Assembly: GCA_965221165.1 (NCBI GenBank)
Contig: CBDCRP010000002.1
Location: 512,001 to 576,000 of the forward strand
DNA length: 64,000 bases
Origin: a bacterium
GTDB lineage: Bacteria; UBA8248
Direction of reading: 5' to 3'
In this document: in pieces, positions 58,639 to 64,000 of the stretch
How the letters are laid out: every line of letters starts with the position of its first letter
Numbering within the stretch: the first letter of the stretch is position 1
The notes under the pieces: generated by a model
Told to the model about the DNA's origin: nothing
What the model saw: the letters and a program-made list of their open reading frames with translations, nothing else
Database searches by the model: none
Program-made: the position numbers and the translations under genes

Positions 58639-59631
58639 TTATGAATCCTCTCCCTCGATGTCAAGGCGTGTGTCGCCATCAGCACCGGAGGAGGGATCTT
58701 TTTCAAGAGATAATACCCTATAATACAATGATTTATGTGTGGAAAACAAGATGCCTCGCGCATCCGCGCGCTCGATGAAGCGTCCCGTGACCTCGCGAAT
58801 CTCGCTTCGGCGGCCTTTCATCAAATCCTGCCACATGGAATTTCTGTTGCCGGCCGTGGCCCGCGCGGTTTCCCGGACGATCTCCAGAGCGTCGAGCGTC
58901 ATTCCCTCCGCGTCGATGAGCGCTTGTAGCTCCTTCGACAGGGCGTCCACGAGCACCGCGGCGGATGGCGTGTCCAGCAATTCGCCGTTTCTAAGCTCGA
59001 GTGCGGCTCCGAGAGGGTTGATGACGGCGTTGGCCACCGCTTTTCTCCATTCCGCCTCTTTGCCGTCACGTTTTTCGTGAACTCGAACGCCCAGAGGTTC
59101 CAAAAATTCCGCCAATCGCCTCACGAGAGCGGCGTCCTCCACGGCCTCCGGCTCCGGAGCCAAGGTGACATGCAGCGCACCGAACTGGTTCACGTGTCCT
59201 GGTTTCGTGATCTCGGCCCCTGTGTTGACGAGACCCCTCACAATCCCGCGTTCCCGATAAGAAGGCGGAAGATCTGTACAAACGTCCAACCCGTTCGAGA
59301 AAATAGCCGCGATGGTTCCCTCTCCCGCCATTTTTGAAAATTCCGTCGCTGCCGCTGTGATTCGTCCCGCTTTCACGGTGAAAAAAAGATACGATGCCGT
59401 GAGGTTCATGGCTCCAGCGCACACCAGGGGGCGAGCCGTATAGACCGCCTCGCCGTGGACTCTGACGCCGCTATCTTTTATTTCAGCCAGGTGTGCGGAC
59501 GTCTCGGGGCTCGGGTCTTCGGAGCCCGCCAGATAAATTTTTTGCCCAGGGAGATTTCTTTGCAGTTGCGCCGCAAGCATGGTTCCCACGGCGCCGGGGC
59601 CGATGACGACGACGGGACGGGTGTTATCCAA
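58639..59631 (-). CDS. panE: ketopantoate reductase family protein
   Basis: GPGAVG, VK, NG, WRK..NAVINPL and NSMWQD..GRRSEI; adjacent to panB. Confidence 0.85.
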   Translation of the reverse strand: MDNTRPVVVIGPGAVGTMLAAQLQRNLPGQKIYLAGSEDPSPETSAHLAEIKDSGVRVHGEAVYTARPLVCAGAMNLTASYLFFTVKAGRITAAATEFSKMAGEGTIAAIFSNGLDVCTDLPPSYRERGIVRGLVNTGAEITKPGHVNQFGALHVTLAPEPEAVEDAALVRRLAEFLEPLGVRVHEKRDGKEAEWRKAVANAVINPLGAALELRNGELLDTPSAAVLVDALSKELQALIDAEGMTLDALEIVRETARATAGNRNSMWQDLMKGRRSEIREVTGRFIERADARGILFSTHKSLYYRVLSLEKDPSSGADGDTRLDIEGEDS

Positions 59632-59642
59632 GTGGACTCAGC

Positions 59643-60473
59643 CTAACCGCCGAAGGAGCGCCAGAGAAGCAAAGCGCCCACGAAGATGAAGACGAAGGAG
59701 AGAAACACCTTCATCTTCTCGCCGTCGACGCGGTTGTTGATGAAGGGAGATATCTGGCCGCCGCAGGCGACCGCGGGGATCGTCATGAACAGGATGTTCC
59801 AGTGCACGTTCACCTCGCCGGATGAAAACACGTAGGCATGCACCAGGGTGGCGGGCAGCACCGTCGCAAAGACGATCAGTATCCCCGTGCCCACCGCCAC
59901 GCGAACGGGCAGTTTGTCCTTCACGATCAAGGCGGTGGTCGTGAGCTCACCGATGCCGATGCCCGTAAAACCCACGAGAATTCCCCCTAAGGCCGACCAG
60001 CCGTAGCTGAAGGCCCCGTGCTCGTAGCGATACCAGTACCTTCTGCCGGCCGCATCCATCCGGGTGGGTTTTCCGGCGCCTTGCGCCTGTTCCGCTTCCT
60101 GGATTCCGCCCTGGAAGAAAGCGAAGAGCATGGCGGCGGAGAGAAGCACCATCATCCCGCCCAAAAGGCCCAGAATGAGCCTGGCGGGCACCGAATGGGC
60201 CAGAAAACCAAACGCCATACCCACGGGGATGGACACGATGAGCACCTGTTTGGCAATCTCGTAATCTACCAGTCTTCTTCTCATGTAGCCGGTAAGCGCG
60301 CTGCCGAAACCGAAAATCTCGATGGAAAGCGCCAAGAAAACGGCCTCCAGGGGAACGATGGTCACACCCGCCGCCCAGGGAAAGAGGAGGATGAATATGG
60401 GGGCGAAGAAAACCGCGCCCTCCACGCTCGTGCTCGTCGCCGTGAGGCACACGCAAAACGCGACGGGCAGCAT
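59643..60473 (-). CDS. TauE/SafE (TSUP) family membrane exporter
   Basis: About 8 TM helices, EIFGFGS, GIGIGE and AVGT; N-terminus may be clipped by a TGA at 60477-60479. Confidence 0.8.
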   Translation of the reverse strand: MLPVAFCVCLTATSTSVEGAVFFAPIFILLFPWAAGVTIVPLEAVFLALSIEIFGFGSALTGYMRRRLVDYEIAKQVLIVSIPVGMAFGFLAHSVPARLILGLLGGMMVLLSAAMLFAFFQGGIQEAEQAQGAGKPTRMDAAGRRYWYRYEHGAFSYGWSALGGILVGFTGIGIGELTTTALIVKDKLPVRVAVGTGILIVFATVLPATLVHAYVFSSGEVNVHWNILFMTIPAVACGGQISPFINNRVDGEKMKVFLSFVFIFVGALLLWRSFGG

Positions 60474-60606
60474 CCATCAGAACTCGAAAATGTATTCAAT
60501 CAAAACGCCGGTCTTCCATTATGACGAACCGATGAGACCAAGATTCGGGCGAATCATCAAAATCGACTTGTTCCGGGCTGGAACGGGGAGACGGTATGGA
60601 GCGTCC

Positions 60607-61488
60607 TCAAGGGCCGACGCTTCCCCGGCGAATGGCCTCACCCATGCGCACCGCTTCGACAGCCGTCTCCACGTCGTGGGTTCGAATCATATCCGCCCCG
60701 CCGATCACGGCGAAGGCTTCGGCGACTTTCGAGCCGATCAACCGCTCTCCCGCCGCTTCGACGCCCGTGATCGCCCCGATGAAACCCTTTCTCGAAGCCC
60801 CGACGACCAGGGGATAACCCAAATCCCTGAGCACATCCATCCGCCTCAATATTTCGAGGTTGTGATCCCATGATTTTCCGAAACCGACACCCGGGTCGAT
60901 GAGAACGGACGCAATCCCGTCCCGCTCGGCCCGGCGCGCGCGCTCAAGGAGATAGCCCGACAACTCGCCCATGAGGTCCTCGTATTCGGGACTCTCCTGC
61001 ATCGTGCGCGGCTCGCCCTTCATGTGCATGGCGATGGCCGCCGCACCAGAATCTGCAATAACCGCACGCATCTCGGGATCACATAGGCCCGTGACGTCGT
61101 TTACCATGTGAACACCGGCTTCGAGCGCCGCCCGCGCCACCCCGACCTTAGACGTATCGACCGAAACGAGGGGGCCTTTGTCCTTGTCCATTCGCTCAAA
61201 AATCGGGATGATCCGCCGGATTTCATCCGCCTCGGCCACCCCCTGCGATCCGGGCCGGGTGCTCTCGCCGCCGACGTCAATGACGTCGGCTCCTTCTTCC
61301 GTCATCCGCGCGATCTGTTCGAGCGCCATCCCGAGGTCCAGAAATTCCCCGCCGTCGGAAAAACTGTCTGGCGTGGCGTTCAAGACGCCCATGATGCGCA
61401 CTCGCTCGAAATCAAGTTCACGTCCGCGACACTTCACGGCGGGCGCGGGAGTCCAGTTCACTGAGCTGAAGCGCAAGCCCTCCCTCAT
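60607..61488 (-). CDS. folP: dihydropteroate synthase
   Basis: GVLNATPDSFSDGG, GGESTRPG, DPGVGFGK, SRK and RTHDV. Confidence 0.97.
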   Translation of the reverse strand: MREGLRFSSVNWTPAPAVKCRGRELDFERVRIMGVLNATPDSFSDGGEFLDLGMALEQIARMTEEGADVIDVGGESTRPGSQGVAEADEIRRIIPIFERMDKDKGPLVSVDTSKVGVARAALEAGVHMVNDVTGLCDPEMRAVIADSGAAAIAMHMKGEPRTMQESPEYEDLMGELSGYLLERARRAERDGIASVLIDPGVGFGKSWDHNLEILRRMDVLRDLGYPLVVGASRKGFIGAITGVEAAGERLIGSKVAEAFAVIGGADMIRTHDVETAVEAVRMGEAIRRGSVGP

Positions 61489-62918
61489 GGGAGCGTCTCG
61501 GGGGGAAACGCGCTACCACTCTCTACGATCCGCTCCTCGCTCACCCAGCGGCGCCTGAGTTCTCCGGCGAGGAACATCGACCCCGTGATGATGATGAGGT
61601 CGTTCTCCCCCGCCTCCTCGAGCGCCTCGTCGAGCACCCCCCATGCGTCGATGCGCGTTTCCACGCCTCCGGCCCCCACCTCTTCGAGCGCGCGCGCAAA
61701 AACATCGGGCGCCAAGCCGGGCCTCGGCGCGTTCGCCGGAGGAAGCGTCACGAAAAACCTGTCTCCCACGGGTGCGAACACCTCCGCCATCCCGGCGAAA
61801 TCCTTGTCGTTCACCGCCCCGAGAACGAAGATGAGACGCTCGAACGCCCAGTTCGAGACACCCTCCACCAGTGCTTGCGCCTTATCGCGGTTGTGCGCGC
61901 CATCGAGCAGGACCTTAGGGCCGGACTGCACCAGTTCCATCCGGCACGGCAGGCGCGCCGAGGCCACGCCCCATCGCACCTCCCGATCGTCCAGCCCCAA
62001 GAGTCGGCCTGCTCCGGCGGCGAGGCTCGCGTTTTGGGCCTGATGAGCGCCGGGCATGGGGGTCGAGAAACCTTCCCACCGAATGCCGTCATCGAACTCC
62101 AGATCGAAAAAAGCGCCATTAGGGCGCAAGTCCAGGTTCTCCACGCGAGGCGGAGAACACAGAAGAGCCTCGCGCTCGAAGGCGACGCGCTCGATTTCGG
62201 CGCGCGCCTCGTGCGAGACGATTTGCGAGATGACGCGGCCTTTCTCCGTAATGATGCCCGCCTTGTCACGCGCAATCTGCTCGATGGAATCGCCGAGCAA
62301 ATCGGTGTGGTCCAGGCCGATCGAGGTGATCACGTCGAGTACGGCGGGACCCACGGCGTTCGTAGCGTCGAACGCGCCTCCCAGCCCCGCTTCCAGGACG
62401 AGGTATTCACACTCTTCTTCCCTGGCCATCAAAAGCAAAAGCGCGAGAGTCGACTCGAAAAACGAGGGCGGCCCGAACTCGGGTTCATCTGCCATCTGCG
62501 CGGCGGCGGCGGCGAGCCCTTTCGCGCATCGCCCGATGAGGTCGGCTTCGGCGAAACGGCCCCGAATCCAGAAACGCTCGAGGATCGAGGTGAGGTGGGG
62601 CGAGAAAAAAGCCGCCGTTCTCTTGCCCGACGCCAGGAGGGACTGCGCCATCATGAGCGCGGTAGAGCCTTTGCCGCTCGTTCCCACGACGTGAACCACC
62701 GACTGCCCCGCACCGGGGACTTCAAGGATTTCAAACAATCGTGCGGCCCGGGTGAGGCCCGGCCCCTCCACCTTGATGCCGCGAGGGTCAAAGCGCGTGC
62801 GCCAAGATTTCTTGGGCAGCGCGGCCAGGGCGTTCAGAAAAACCTCGACCCGCCGCAGCGTCTCGGACGGCGCGAGTGAATCTTCCAGAATGGGAGGGGT
62901 GAGGATATCTAGGGACAT
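61485..62918 (-). CDS. folC: folylpolyglutamate/dihydrofolate synthase
   Basis: HVVGTSGKGST, SPHL..ER, EAGLGG..DATN, DGAHN and TGS. Confidence 0.9.
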   Translation of the reverse strand: MSLDILTPPILEDSLAPSETLRRVEVFLNALAALPKKSWRTRFDPRGIKVEGPGLTRAARLFEILEVPGAGQSVVHVVGTSGKGSTALMMAQSLLASGKRTAAFFSPHLTSILERFWIRGRFAEADLIGRCAKGLAAAAAQMADEPEFGPPSFFESTLALLLLMAREEECEYLVLEAGLGGAFDATNAVGPAVLDVITSIGLDHTDLLGDSIEQIARDKAGIITEKGRVISQIVSHEARAEIERVAFEREALLCSPPRVENLDLRPNGAFFDLEFDDGIRWEGFSTPMPGAHQAQNASLAAGAGRLLGLDDREVRWGVASARLPCRMELVQSGPKVLLDGAHNRDKAQALVEGVSNWAFERLIFVLGAVNDKDFAGMAEVFAPVGDRFFVTLPPANAPRPGLAPDVFARALEEVGAGGVETRIDAWGVLDEALEEAGENDLIIITGSMFLAGELRRRWVSEERIVESGSAFPPETLP

Positions 62919-62919
62919 C

Positions 62920-64000
<1,081 letters not shown>

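Overview
GC-rich bacterial chromosome segment with two halves meeting at a tRNA-Asp(GTC) at ~34.3 kb. The right half (34.4-64 kb, all minus strand) is housekeeping: purH-folC-folP-tauE-panE-panB-cobS-like, a dcw cluster from mraZ to ftsZ (no ddl), then pgeF-yggS-proC-yggT-divIVA-yggU-mtnA. The left half is accessory catabolism and transport: hydrolases, two hydantoinase/oxoprolinase A+B pairs, two ABC importers, an isolated E1 alpha/beta pair, a CoA-transferase and a periplasmic cytochrome c cluster. It also carries mobile-element debris. Main candidates: (1) an operon at 11.9-19.9 kb in which a LeuA/DRE-TIM-fold, a MmgE/PrpD-fold and an ICL/PEP-mutase-fold enzyme all have rewritten catalytic motifs and surround an ABC importer, suggesting an undescribed pathway; (2) a diverged ~150-200 bp direct repeat at ~3.1 and ~20.2 kb, each copy next to integrative-element debris and a broken resident gene; (3) a MauG-type di-heme plus NcgB/NcgC-like cytochrome cluster with no nirK; (4) a 130-bp MITE with terminal inverted repeats and a 5-bp target duplication. 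Family calls come from motif recognition by eye. No database searches were run.
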